A stretch of 62,711 bases of DNA from NCBI GenBank assembly GCA_001642005.1, contig LWCA01000068.1, forward strand, positions 1-62,711, written 5' to 3'. Under the pieces are notes generated by a model. The model saw only the letters and a program-made list of their open reading frames with translations. It did not search any database and was not told where the DNA came from. Below are positions 28,301 to 40,700 of this stretch, in pieces. The DNA is from Intoshia linei. Its lineage: Eukaryota; Animalia; Orthonectida. Position 1 is the stretch's first letter, and each line of letters opens with the position of its first letter. Made by a program: the position numbers and the translations under genes.

Positions 28301-30048
28301 ATTTCTGGGGTTGAAATTTTGTATTTATATCAACTGGAATAAGCTCTATCAGAATAATCTTTTTTTTTTAATTTTCGGACCGTTAATTATTTTACATTTT
28401 TTCTGTTAATAAAATATTTCAAAACAAGTATATATAAAAAAATCTTTTTTTTAAATTTAAATTTATGATTTTAAAATCCGTATCAGAGTATATATTTTTT
28501 TAAATTTTCAAACTCTTTTGATTTTCAAAAAAGGACAATTAAGTTTTTGACCCGTAAGATGTGAGTTTAGGAGTTGAAATCGATTTTTCTAACACCCCTA
28601 GGAACAATTGTAATTGAAATGTGGACTTTATAAAATTCTAAGACTAGTAGTTATTGAAAGAAACGATAACACACACACAAACAAATATTGCGTAGCATAA
28701 TAAATATAAACAAGGATCTCAAAGTTTTATCCGTTTTGAACGTTTTTAAAAACGGGTGACACGATATTCTCAGATTTAAGAAAATTGACTCAATATCACT
28801 GAATTTTTTTTGATTCAGTTTATAATTGTTATTAAAATTTACTAATAGGTTACAAACACAGAGCCGTGTAGAGGGCTGATTATATAAGGGATTATATCAT
28901 ATCGCGCCTATAATTCTAAATTGATAGGTGATGTTATAAAAAATGTTGTATTATGGGGTAAAATCTTTTTAATTTTGATGATAACCTTACAAAAGTTTAT
29001 TTAAAAATTCTACCACTGTAGTGACGCTTTAAACAAGGAAGTGGGACTAAAAATTAAAAATAAATTAAATAGATCATGGAAAATAAATTTTGACAAAGAT
29101 TAAAATTTTAAAACGGTGAAAACAATTAAAACCATCTTCAGTAATTCTTAAAAGTATACACAAAATTAATTCCTAATATCATGTAATTCATTACACTACA
29201 TCAGTGATGGCAAAGTACGTGTTTGCGTGTAAAAAATACACACTTGACATTTTTTTTTACACACTTAAAAAACTATATAAATTAACTTCAAATAAAAAAT
29301 ATTACTAAAATAAGTGAGATCAGAAATTGAAGTAATAGAACAAAATAGACATACAAAATCATTTGAAGATGTTACCTACTTTGACCAATCAAATATGTTA
29401 TTAAAAGTTTCGAATTCTATACCTGAAACAATTAATAGTCTGAAATGTCTGGCTAAAGCTATATTAAATATATTTTCATCTACATTTCTTGTGAATCGTT
29501 AGTTTCGACATTGAATAATGTCAAAAATCATAAAAGTAATAGACATCACGATGAAACTAGTTTGGCTTGTATAGCGTTAAAATCAACAAGTATAACCTTC
29601 CATTAAAAAACTTGCAGCTCAATTTTTTAAATCTATATAAATGTAAAAATTATTTTTTTAACTCATTTTCCATCAAGTTGTTCGACTTAATTGACGGTTT
29701 TGATTTACGTAATATTTTTTTAATAAAAAGACACTAGAAAAAAATTTCTGAAAATAATATTAAATTTAACACACCTAGTTTTAGTTGGCTGCCATCACTG
29801 CACTACATTGTTATAATGCAGTTAAAATATCCATTTCATAATTCAACAAAGAAATGAAATAAATAACAAATAAATATTAAAAGTAATACAAACAACTCCA
29901 TATGTTCCCGATCCAATCAAGTCGAGTTTTTGAAAATTAGAAATACACGTGCATGGACCGTTCTAATTTGAATTGTACATGATAAATAATAAAAAAATGA
30001 TAAAAAATGTACATAGACGGGATTCGTAGAAATAAACTTTTCAAACAT
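22356..30048 (-). CDS. CDK10: Cyclin-dependent kinase 10-like
   Basis: [23 protein letters not shown] (~29890-29963); IVAVKK (~26160); DLREIDILL; HRDLKVAN; DFGLSR; [18 protein letters not shown]; [11 protein letters not shown]; C-terminal CGPDLLPKF resembling CDK10 CEPELMPTF. Confidence 0.9.
24493..25018. mobile_element. hAT MITE (same family as 928-2121) in a CDK10 intron
   Basis: CAGGCATTTTCAACCCTTTTTCGCTGTGGAC start; cccgttgaaaatc end. Confidence 0.65.
25672..26028 (+). mobile_element. hAT (Buster-like) derivative
   Basis: TIR cactggttctcaac / gttgagaaccctg; encodes a C-terminal remnant [18 protein letters not shown]. Confidence 0.55.
26230..27040 (-). mobile_element. Non-autonomous Helitron copy
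   Basis: CTAG + gtacttcgtacaaacagcacctag head; acacacacaggcagacag tail. Confidence 0.7.
27846..28716 (-). mobile_element. Non-autonomous Helitron, complete ends
   Basis: Minus strand A|TCCTTG...TGCTACGC...(TG)n...hairpin CTAG|T. Confidence 0.8.
29202..29800 (+). mobile_element. Internally deleted hAT transposon retaining a frameshifted dimerization-domain remnant
   Basis: TIR CAGTGATGGCA / TGCCATCACTG; perfect TSD cactacat; [15 protein letters not shown]-(frameshift)[18 protein letters not shown]...ACIALKST. Confidence 0.85.
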
Positions 30049-30137
30049 GTCATAAAAAGTTTATTACATGGCAACATATTTTGTATACAGTACTATATCG
30101 ACTTTTTCATAAATTTAAAATTATTTATCGTTTAAAT
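30049..30137. promoter_or_regulatory. Putative minimal bidirectional promoter (CDK10 / beta-TrCP)
   Basis: 89 bp between the divergent predicted start codons at 30048(-) and 30138(+). Confidence 0.55.
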
Positions 30138-33100
30138 ATGCCTGTTGGAGATATGAATGATGAAAAAACATATGAAGAAGTATAACAAATAATAAAAGTT
30201 GATAGTTAAAAAAATAAACAATTTAGACTAACGTAAGCAAAATATTAAAAAATGATGATATTGCATTGAATTACAAGTGTTTTAAAAAATTGACACAAGA
30301 AGATAAAGTCACATTTGTTAAAATTGCTTTAATTGACATGAACCGTCATCAAATATCTTCTATTAACCATTTTCTTAAACCAATCTTAAAAAGAGACTTT
30401 ATTTCTCTGTTTTCAGGTAATTTAATTTTATAACTTAGAAATTTAATGCACATTAGCAATGGGACTTTATGATGTTTCAGCCAAAATTATTAATCATTTT
30501 GATTCAAATACCATTCAATCTGCTGAAATGGTTTCTAGAGATTGGATTACCATTTTAAACACTTCTTTGGCTTGGCGTAAATTACTGTACTATGCTTGCC
30601 AAAAAAATTCTACCCTGTTTAATTTAATTAAACGTATTAAATCGTAAGTTTTTTTGCTTATATTTTTACATTTTTCAGTTTTTTAATTCTTTTTTAGTGA
30701 CAACTTAATTAATCCTAAAAATGCAATTCCTCCACTATGTGATAATAAATTTTTCAAAACATTATACAATCGTTCAAGATATTTATTGGCTGTAATTATC
30801 TTTTTATTTTAATGATTTGATGTAATTTATTTAGTGAGAATGTTAAAATGTGGTAAAAAATTTTTATGAGATTTAAGATTTTGTTTTTTTTTTATTTTTT
30901 GAGACATTTTTAGTTGTTTATTTTTTTAGAAATTGGATGAAAATTGGAAAAATGGACAGTATAATCTAAGAAAAATTAACTGCAATTCTACAGCCAGCAA
31001 AGGTGTGTATTGCTTTCAATATGACAACAATAAAATCATTTGTGGACTACGCGATAATACCATGAAGGTAAAAAATATTTATGTTGGGCAATCGTTGTAA
31101 TAAGGCCGTTTCGTGGATCGGTGTCATATTTTCATATTTTTTAGTATACGAATTTACAATGTATATTACATGTTATTTAAGAAAATAAAAATTATTATTC
31201 GTGGCCCTCTGATACATCAATATTTATAATCTCAAATATTTTCAGAAACCCAAATACTGTTCATAGACACCAGTGATTCATATGACCACTGAAAGGTTCA
31301 ATATGCATGACTTATGCTTTATTTAGATTTGGTCGCGACATACTCTAAATTGCACACATGTACTACGCGGACACAGTGGTTCAATTTTATGTCTTCAATA
31401 TGATGAAAATATCGTGATTTCGGGTTCATCTGATTCTACCATGAAGTATACTCCTTTTAAAATGTGTTATTACGTTTTTTATAGAATTTGGGATGTAAAT
31501 ACTGGTGAACTTTTAAATACTCTCAGTTATCACGTTGAAGCAGTTTTACATTTAAAATTTCTAAAAGACATGCTGGTGTCATGTTCAAAGGTAACATCTT
31601 TATTGATTTCAAAATTATTTAATTTATATATTTTATTTTTTATATTTGTTCTATTTTTGTTAGGATAGAAGTGTGGCAATTTGGAAAATTTGCTCACCTA
31701 CCGACATTAAGTATGTTACAGCCTTAGTTGGACATCGAGCTGCAGTAAATGTTGTTGATTTTGACATGAGATATATAGTTTCAGCTAGTGGTGATCGATC
31801 CATAAAAATTTGGTATACCAATTCTCTAGGTAATTGTTTTATCATTTTTATTACTATTTATTAGAATTTGTTCGCACTCTTAATGGACATAAACGGGGAA
31901 TTGCTTGTTTGCAATTCCGAAACAATTTAATCATTACCGGAAGTTCAGATAATACCATTAGGTTTTTATTTGTAAGGTGCATTTAACTTTTGTTTAGAAT
32001 ATGGGATATCAATATCGGTGATTGTATTAGGGTTTTGGAAGGTTTTGTGTTTGTTGCTTTTTATTTTATTTTATTATGTGTAGGGCATAACGAACTGGTT
32101 AGATGTATTAGATTTAATGACTCAATCATTGTTAGTGGTGCATATGATGGGTATTAATTTAATTAATCTATTGTCTATTTTTTGTGTTATACAATTAAAT
32201 GGTAGAGATCCGATGGAAATTGACTAGGGATGACCTGTGGTTACCGTTGTTTTTAGGATTATGTTTATTTATTAAAAAATTTTTTATCCTTTATTTTAGA
32301 AAAATCAAAATCTGGGATTTAAGAGCTGCTGTAGACTTGACATCAACCGAAACAAATTTCTGTATTATAACATTAATGGTAATTATTTTGTCAATCGCAA
32401 ATAATTCGGATTCAAAAAATACTTTATATATTCATCTAAACCAGGGGGTAGTCAACTTTTTTTAAGCTAACGTCTCTAAAAAACTAAATGATATTGTATC
32501 TTTTTTGAGAGGGCATAAACTACGTAATATTCGAAATTTGTTTATTTACGAATTGAGAATTAATGGAGCTTGATGATGCACATAATTTTTTTATATCCAG
32601 ATGCAATTGGTTAGGTTTAATTACAGATCTCCTCGATTAACAATATTTAATCGGTTTATCTTCTTAGTGAGTATACTTACAGATGAAATAAAATCAGTTT
32701 ATAGAGGGTGTTGAAGGGAACACTAAAAATAACACTTCTGTTTTTTCCATATTTAGTATTGAACATTTTTGCCACATTTTTATGTTAACTTTTTTACCTT
32801 CTTTGAAAATACAAAAGATGTTTCATCATTTTTTAATTCTAACAATTTTTCTTTGTATTTTACGGCAACTTGAGTTATATCAGTAACAAATAGATTGATT
32901 ATTCAGGTTTTTATTTCCTATTCAATAATATCTTTTAAACATAATATTATGCCATTCTTTAATCGTCTCAAATTTTCTTGGGAGCATTTTAAATCCTTAG
33001 GATTATTATTGTTTTTTTAATAAGAATAAATATGAAAAATGATAAAATTCGCTTTTTAGAATATTTTTTCGAAAGAGACCTATTTACAGATTAATTAATA

Positions 33101-34335
33101 GATTAATAAGTAAATCAATCCAATAAAAAAATAGTTTTCATATTTATATACAGTGAGTTGCAAAAATCTAGCTACACTCTATTTTTGACGAAGCAAGTAT
33201 AGTAATGCTTTAAATATTTTTTTATTACTATAAAAATATGTAACTATTTACTAAAAATGTAAAAAAATGGAGATTTACGTTAATTAATAAATGATAATTA
33301 ATTATAATACTTTTGCAAAAGTCTACATACACTAGGCCCTAGTGCAGGGGTGCACAACGTGCGGCCTTCAGAGCGTTTATGTGGGGCAGCGGGCAATACA
33401 TCTGATTATAATGCAATATATTATTTTACTTCAAATTGAAAAGTTAAAATGAGATTTTATTCAAGGTCTATTTAAAATATTTTAATCAAAAAGTTACATT
33501 CTTGACTTTGCCCCAGTTTCTCAAATCTTAGCGAAGGGTACACAAAATCTAATGAAAACAAAATCGAAACTCTAATGTATCAACAAATCGGTTTTTAATA
33601 GAACTTTTTTCTGTTGTCCAATTATTAATGTTTTTTCACAAAAATATTAGTAAAAGAAGATTTTTCAAATTTTTTTAAAATCAGGTTTTTTCTTATGGAA
33701 TCAGTCAGAAGAATTATTGATTTAAAAATTTGATAAAATGATATTTTTCATAAAAATATTGGTAAAGCGATTTTTTTCCTTAAGGGTTGGTAAAATTTGG
33801 TTTTTTATTTTGGAATCAGATAGGGTAGTTTTTATTCTAAAAGTTTGGTAAAAATGTATTTTTAAAAAAAATATTGGTAAAAAGGGATTTCTTACCTTAA
33901 GGATTGGTAAAATTTTGGTTTTTTCTCATGAGATTATATTTAATGAAATATTTTGAAAATTGTAATATCATTTTTCCGTGATATATCAAAATTCTATGGA
34001 TATTTTTCACACTTTTAATTCATTGTTAGTTATTACTCGAAAAATTTTTTTTTAATTTAATCTGTATTACAATTACATTATCCAAAAGTGGGGTGTATGT
34101 AGACTTTTGCAACACGTTTTTTGGACATTTTGTACTACATCATATTGATTTATTAATAAAATTAATGTTTTAGGAACATACTGGACGAGTTTTTCGTCTC
34201 TTGTTTGACGATTTCCATATATTGAGTAGTTCTCACGATGACACATTATTAATTTGGGATTTTTTACCAGAGTCTGACAATGAAGAAGATAGACGAAATT
34301 CCTTAATGAATAATGAAATTATGCAATTTAGGTAA
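30138..34335 (+). CDS. BTRC: F-box/WD40 protein beta-TrCP (slimb, FBXW1/FBXW11)
   Basis: D domain/F-box [12 protein letters not shown]; [22 protein letters not shown]; [12 protein letters not shown]; [12 protein letters not shown]; [11 protein letters not shown]; [30 protein letters not shown]. Confidence 0.95.
32442..33000 (-). mobile_element. Decayed hAT Buster/ZBED5-type transposon in the last beta-TrCP intron
   Basis: CAGGGGGTAGTCAAC terminus; minus-strand [22 protein letters not shown] matches the Buster C-terminus. Confidence 0.65.
33151..34116. mobile_element. Tc1-like (IR/DR) remnant with a nested hAT MITE (from 33345) and ttggtaaaa minisatellite
   Basis: TA+CAGTGAGTTGCAAAAATCTA; inner ttgcaaaagtctacatacac (~33313) inverted at ~34093-34112. 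Confidence 0.55.
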
Positions 34336-34742
34336 TATATTATTAACATCAATGCTATTTAACCAGTAACCTCTGTTCTAATATTTTAATGTATAATAAT
34401 CGTATACTGTAATTATACTTAATTTTTTATGGATACCATGCATAGGTGTTTCGTTAGATAAAAAAGATAAATAGATTCAGAGCATTTTTATAAATGTATA
34501 TTATTATAATTATTATTATTTGTGTATGTTATCTCACATTTATTAAACTTTGTGATTGTATTATGTTTTTATTTAATTTTATTTTATTTAGATAGTCAAT
34601 CCAATACCAATCACTGTTACAAATTTATTTTCTGTTTTTGTTTATAGTTTTATAATTTATCTGGTTGTCCCGGAACAATAATTTAATAAATGTGTTTTAT
34701 ATTTGTCTCAATATAAAGTAATGTTTATTGAATAAATATATC

Positions 34743-37700
34743 ATGGGTGAGATTAATGAAAAGTGTTTAATTGATTATATAAAAGAGAGGTTTTTGATTT
34801 TAAGTAATTGTCTAAAATTCAAATTTCACAGAAATTTTCAAGAAATTGACGGTTATATTGAAAAATCTCATCAATCGATAAATTTGGAATATGACGTAGC
34901 AGGGGCGAAAGGCAGTGCTATTCACTGGTTAGCCTTTATGGGTATGAATCGACAATTGGAAAGATTGCATTCTTTGGGAATAAAATTAAATTGTGTATCT
35001 AAAGCGCCAAACTGGCAACGTCCTATTCACTGGGCTTGTCAATCGTGTCAAGTGTCAACTGTTGCGCTATTGATAAAATCTGGTGTTTCTGTAAACGAAA
35101 TGGACTCAAAGTCAGCGTGTTTACTTACTCATTCTTGTATATCCGGTAGTATGCCGCTAGTTTCTTTTCTAGTTGGTAAAAATGCTAATATCGATAGTAC
35201 GGACAGTGAAGGTGACACTCCTCTGCATTGGGCTTGTAATAAGGGTACATTTATTTATATTTGTTGTTGTCCGTTTGTAGTTTTATTTAACCAACATAGC
35301 AGAGGATCACAAATAAACCCTAAAAGTAAAAATGCAATTTTTCTGATTAAAACACTCATAAACAGTATCTTCGTTATTTGAGTCCTTAGTAAATGTATAA
35401 TGAATTATTAATAATAATATTTATTTATACTCATTGTAACTAGACAATTTATTAATGTACGTTACTATTTACATGTTAATAGTATTTCTTTAAAATAAAG
35501 ATTTTAAAATTATTTATCAGTATCCTAAATATGACAAATTTTATATTTCGTCGATTGACGATTTTATTTTTTTCAAATAAATCATGAAATATCTGGTTAA
35601 TATTAATATGTCCAATGGACATTGCTCATCTATACTTGGTAGTAATTATAATATTGTGTGCCTCCAAAAACTAGGGTTTAGGTAAAGTATATTTAAACGT
35701 CACATATTCCCGACCTCGATACCCTTTTTGAGTCTGAAATTTTTGTAATCTGGGCCTTATTTTTTAATGTTCAATTTTAAAAAAAAATAGGGATCTCATT
35801 TTCGCGGTGGCTACCAGCTTGGTAATTTCGGTTATACTAGAGTAATAAGAAATTTTTACCAAATAGTGAAAGAATCCGTTACAAACTAGGTGGATTACTC
35901 TAGCATCTTTGTAAATGTGCTAATTTTAGGATTTATTTTAAGGTAAAATATTTACACTATTTATAAAAAAGTAAGTTTTCAATTAAACCGTCAAACGGAC
36001 TGTAAGATAAAATTTTTTTAAATCATACATTATTTAGGTTTTTTGGATATTGCAAAATTTTTAGTTCAAAATTCAGGTTTATTATAGTCAATTATTGAGT
36101 AATGAATCTTAGCAAATCCACATAAAATTGACGATTTTAATCAAAATACTTTGCATTTTGCTACCATGTCTGGCAACTTGGACCTTGTCAAATTTTTAAT
36201 TGAAAAGGTAGATGAAATTGGATATTTAATAACTTTAGTGTAATGTTGACAGTAGCCTTGTTGACAAAAACAATAGAACAGCTTTTGAGTACGTTTTAAA
36301 ATTATACATATCCCATTGATTAGTGCGGTTTATTTTTATAAATTACATACTGATTTTCTTTAAATTATTTGTGCGATTCTCGAGATAAAATAAATAATTT
36401 AAGTCCACGATATTCAGCGTATGGGTATGGGTGAAAATGTCATTAATAATTAAATATTAGACGACTTTGATAATATATAATTATTTTATTATAATCAATA
36501 AATTAAAATATTTAAATTTTGTTAAGCTCGTGTGTCTTTAAGTTTTCATATTATCTTTGTAAATTATAGCACTAATTGATGATTGGATGTACTTTTTAAA
36601 TATTTCGGTGCACTGAATTTTATTTAGTCTAGCTGCAAGAAGAAAGAATTATGCCATCATTGATTATCTAAAAAGTCGCAATTCCTGTTTCAATAGATAT
36701 AATCCAATGTAAGTGATTAATTTTTTAATAATTTTAATATAATAATAATACAAACGTTGATGTTTATGAACTTTATATTTTAAATTCATGTTAACTTTTT
36801 AAACCAATGCATTGGTATGGCTGGTTACTTCTGGTTCACAAGTCGATTTGTATCGTATCTGTTAATAATTTAGTCACCTGATTATGGCTGGGTCTGTAAC
36901 TTTACGTGTCTAAAATTTAGACTCTAAATATAATTAACACCCGAGGTAATAATGTTTTTTATGTTTATTACTTTTAATAATAATAAAATAAATATGTAGT
37001 GTATTAATGTATGTGTTTTTTAGTCTTTTTGTAATACTTATCGATGGATTGATAAGTTAATAGTGCTGTTATTATTATTGAGATACATTTAAAATTACAT
37101 TTTTTAATTTTTTTTAGAAAAATTGTTATTGGATCGGAAAGTTCGTCTACTTATTATAGAAATGGGACAATTTTTGTATATATTTATCTATTTACAATGT
37201 CTATTTACAAGGTTATTTTACACTTTACAGTATATCTTTTTTAGGGTATTTTATCGATATAGCCACAATGATGTCCCTGTTTTTAAAGTTTAGACCAGTG
37301 TTTCCCAACCCTTTATATGCTAGGTGTCACTTTTACTCTTAAAAAGTTCGGGTTCATTTAAAAAAATGACCCAACAGTCTTTGTTTTGGGCTGATATAAC
37401 TGTTCAATCAAAAAATAATTATTTTTTAATTCATTCACTATTTTTACGAAAAACTATAATTTTCCAACAAAACAGTTATAGTAATGATTACCAACCTAAC
37501 TAAACTAAACTTTTATTTTGACATTTATTTGCAATAAAAATATATATCCCCTCCCAGCAATTTTGCAATCGATATAAGCTGTCTAAATCAACATATAAAT
37601 TTCTGAATTTTTTATATTTGACTTATTTCGATTAAGATTGTGTATCATCATAGAGTTGATTATTAATTATAGACCATAAATTCTCGATATGAGATAAATT

Positions 37701-40700
37701 TGGGGAATAAGGGGACAAATTCAACAACTGTATTGATTCAAACGCAAACCTCGTAATAGTTTTCTTGTTTACATGTGGTCAGACATTGTCTTGTTGGAAA
37801 ATAAATCCTGGCCGATGTTTTTCAAGTCAACAAATACATTATAAAATAATACCCAATATATGAATCACTATTTACCGTATGGTCTAACTTTCTAATAATA
37901 ATAGTCCCACAGCATGTCAAGTATCCCAAATCATGATGGAACTCCCAGGAAATGCATTTTTTTGATTTTTATTGACTTCCACGACATAAGATTACCAGGT
38001 CAATCGAAAAAAATCAATTAATTGGTTTATATAAAATAATTGATTGCAATCAATTATTTTCAATCCCTGGTTCTAAGAGAATCGTGGTTTTTTGCAATTT
38101 TAAACGTTTCAATACCTTTTACATGTAAATCTTCAATTAATTGTTTAATAATTTTGGAAATAGTCATCGGTCGATCATTAATCAAGTATATCACATTCAT
38201 TTAAAATTAAGTTTCAATTTATTACCCCTTTTATTGTTTTGCAAAATTATTAAGACTTATATAGTTTCTCAAAATTAAAAAAATTAAATATTTACGAAAT
38301 ATTCGATGTTTTTTTCCAATGACGGATCTTGGAAATCTACATTATTTAATAAAAAATCAGAAACTTATTCATCTAGACAGGTTTATATCAATTGCAATAT
38401 CAATTATACATCGACTAGGTTACTATTATGTACTACGTACAAACAGCACCTAGCTCTACCGAGGGTACATTTTTATTATACCTTATTATTATACACTGGG
38501 GTTTTTGACCCGTAAGATGTGAAATTGGGAGGTTGAAATTAAGTTTGCTCACACCCTGGAAAAAACTGTAATTGAAATGTTGAATTTATAAAATTCTAAG
38601 ACGGGTAGTTATTTAAATAAAGCGTAACACACAGACAGACACATACAAATAAAAATCGCGTAGCATATTATATAAGTTAGGATATATTTAAAATCTAAAT
38701 TTTAGATTCACAATAATTATAATGTATCATTTGTCAGTTTTGTTTCCCCATTCTTATTAATTACCAATATTCTGGGAGTATTTTCTTATGTTTACCTCTT
38801 AAAACACAATCCAGGTTATGTAAATGTTGGATTTGATTATGATAATGCTCTCTGTATGGTAATAACTTTTTTTATATTTATTTATTATTGATTCTTTATT
38901 CTGATATCGGTTTTATTTTTAGATTGGTACCACTGAATCGATTGTTGAAAATTTGTGTCATGTTTGTAAATTACGTATACCTGATAGAGCCAAGCATTGT
39001 TTTAAATGCAACAAATGTATTTTAAATTTTGATCATCATTGTAATTATGTTGATAATTGTATCGGACTTAAAAATCGGTATTATTACGTTTGTTTAAATT
39101 TTTTTTGTTATTTTAATAACCACAACCGAATATGCTGTATCGATACTTATATTTGTGGTTTAGTTAAGACCCGTAGAGAGCATTGCGCATCATTTGCCAA
39201 ATATTTTTTAATTATTGATTTTTGAGTAGTTTCGAGCACGCTAGGTCGACTCTGGTGATAATATTACGTTATATTATTTTTTATTTTAGATCTATATTTT
39301 TCCTTTTTCTAAATATTATATTGTCCAATGTGATTATTTGCTTTTTTATGTTTATATCAACTGCCTCATTTGAAGGTGTGGATTTATTATATATTTTAAT
39401 GCTTTCTTCATTCATTATGGTTTTCGTACCAACATTTATTCTCTACATGACATCGGTTATTTTATATATCTTATTTTTAACATTTATTATAGAGTTTTAC
39501 GATCTTTCAAGTCATGTTTGCAATGAATATGGTCAATACAGAGATTCCATAATATACCAAAATTTATTAGATATTTTTTGTTAAACAAACTTTTAAGTCG
39601 TTTTTAAGAAGCACAAGTTAAATTAATCTTTTACAATATATTCGTAAAAATTTATTTTTATGATAAAATTTTTAATTGCACATTTTTCGATAATTAGTTT
39701 AAATTTTTAATATATGATTAACATTTCTATTAGTACACTTTATATAGATTATAACTACGTATTTAAGAATAAAATATCAAGTAAATGTTTAATCATTAAT
39801 AATTTTATGTCGTTCGCATTTTATCAAATAGGGTAGCATTTTCCTAGAGAAACTATCACAATGCACGGATGATATTTCTTCAAATAAGTTGGTTATTTTT
39901 TCTTTAAGTTGCATTTTTTTGGACACATACCCTTTTGATAATATTCTTCCATACTGAGAATACATTATCGATTGGATTCAGAAATGGCGAATACGGTGGT
40001 AGGTAATTAGGAAATTTGTTTATTTTAATTTGCAAATTAAATCAAATATTAATTGATGTATAATATAAACAGTAAAATAAGTTTTGTTCCCTGTATATTT
40101 AAATAAAATATTTGTTTAAGATGGAAATAATAAAATATATAATTTAAATTAAACTTTAAATGGAATAATTTACATGTAAAATTGCTATATTATGAAGTCC
40201 TGTATTGACTTCATTGAGTGCAAACACGACTTGAAAGATCATAAAACTCTATATAGTATTTTTTATACACGTCGCCAATGCATGATCGAGGGCTTTAAAA
40301 TTTTGGTATTTTGATTGACATTACAAGTTACATAGTTATCAGATAAGTCATTGAAACTGAAATAATTATAGAATTAAGATTTATATAGTAAAATTAAAAT
40401 CGTGTAGCGAGGTGTAGAAAAGGCTGATTTATATAAATTATGGATATCAAGAACGGTATTTGAAAAGATGTTTTATATTGATTTTTGAAAAATTGTATAT
40501 CTTAATTTTATTAATTATTGTAAAGAATGGTTTTAACGTTTTTATTGTAATGTGCCTGATACATTGTACATTTTCACAATATTAACCATTTACTGTCCGC
40601 ACATAGAAATGACACGATTCTGAAATAAATTTGAGAAGAATATACGATGAATTTTGCTAACTAACAATAACCTTCGAAAAAAAAATTAGTTCATTAATAC

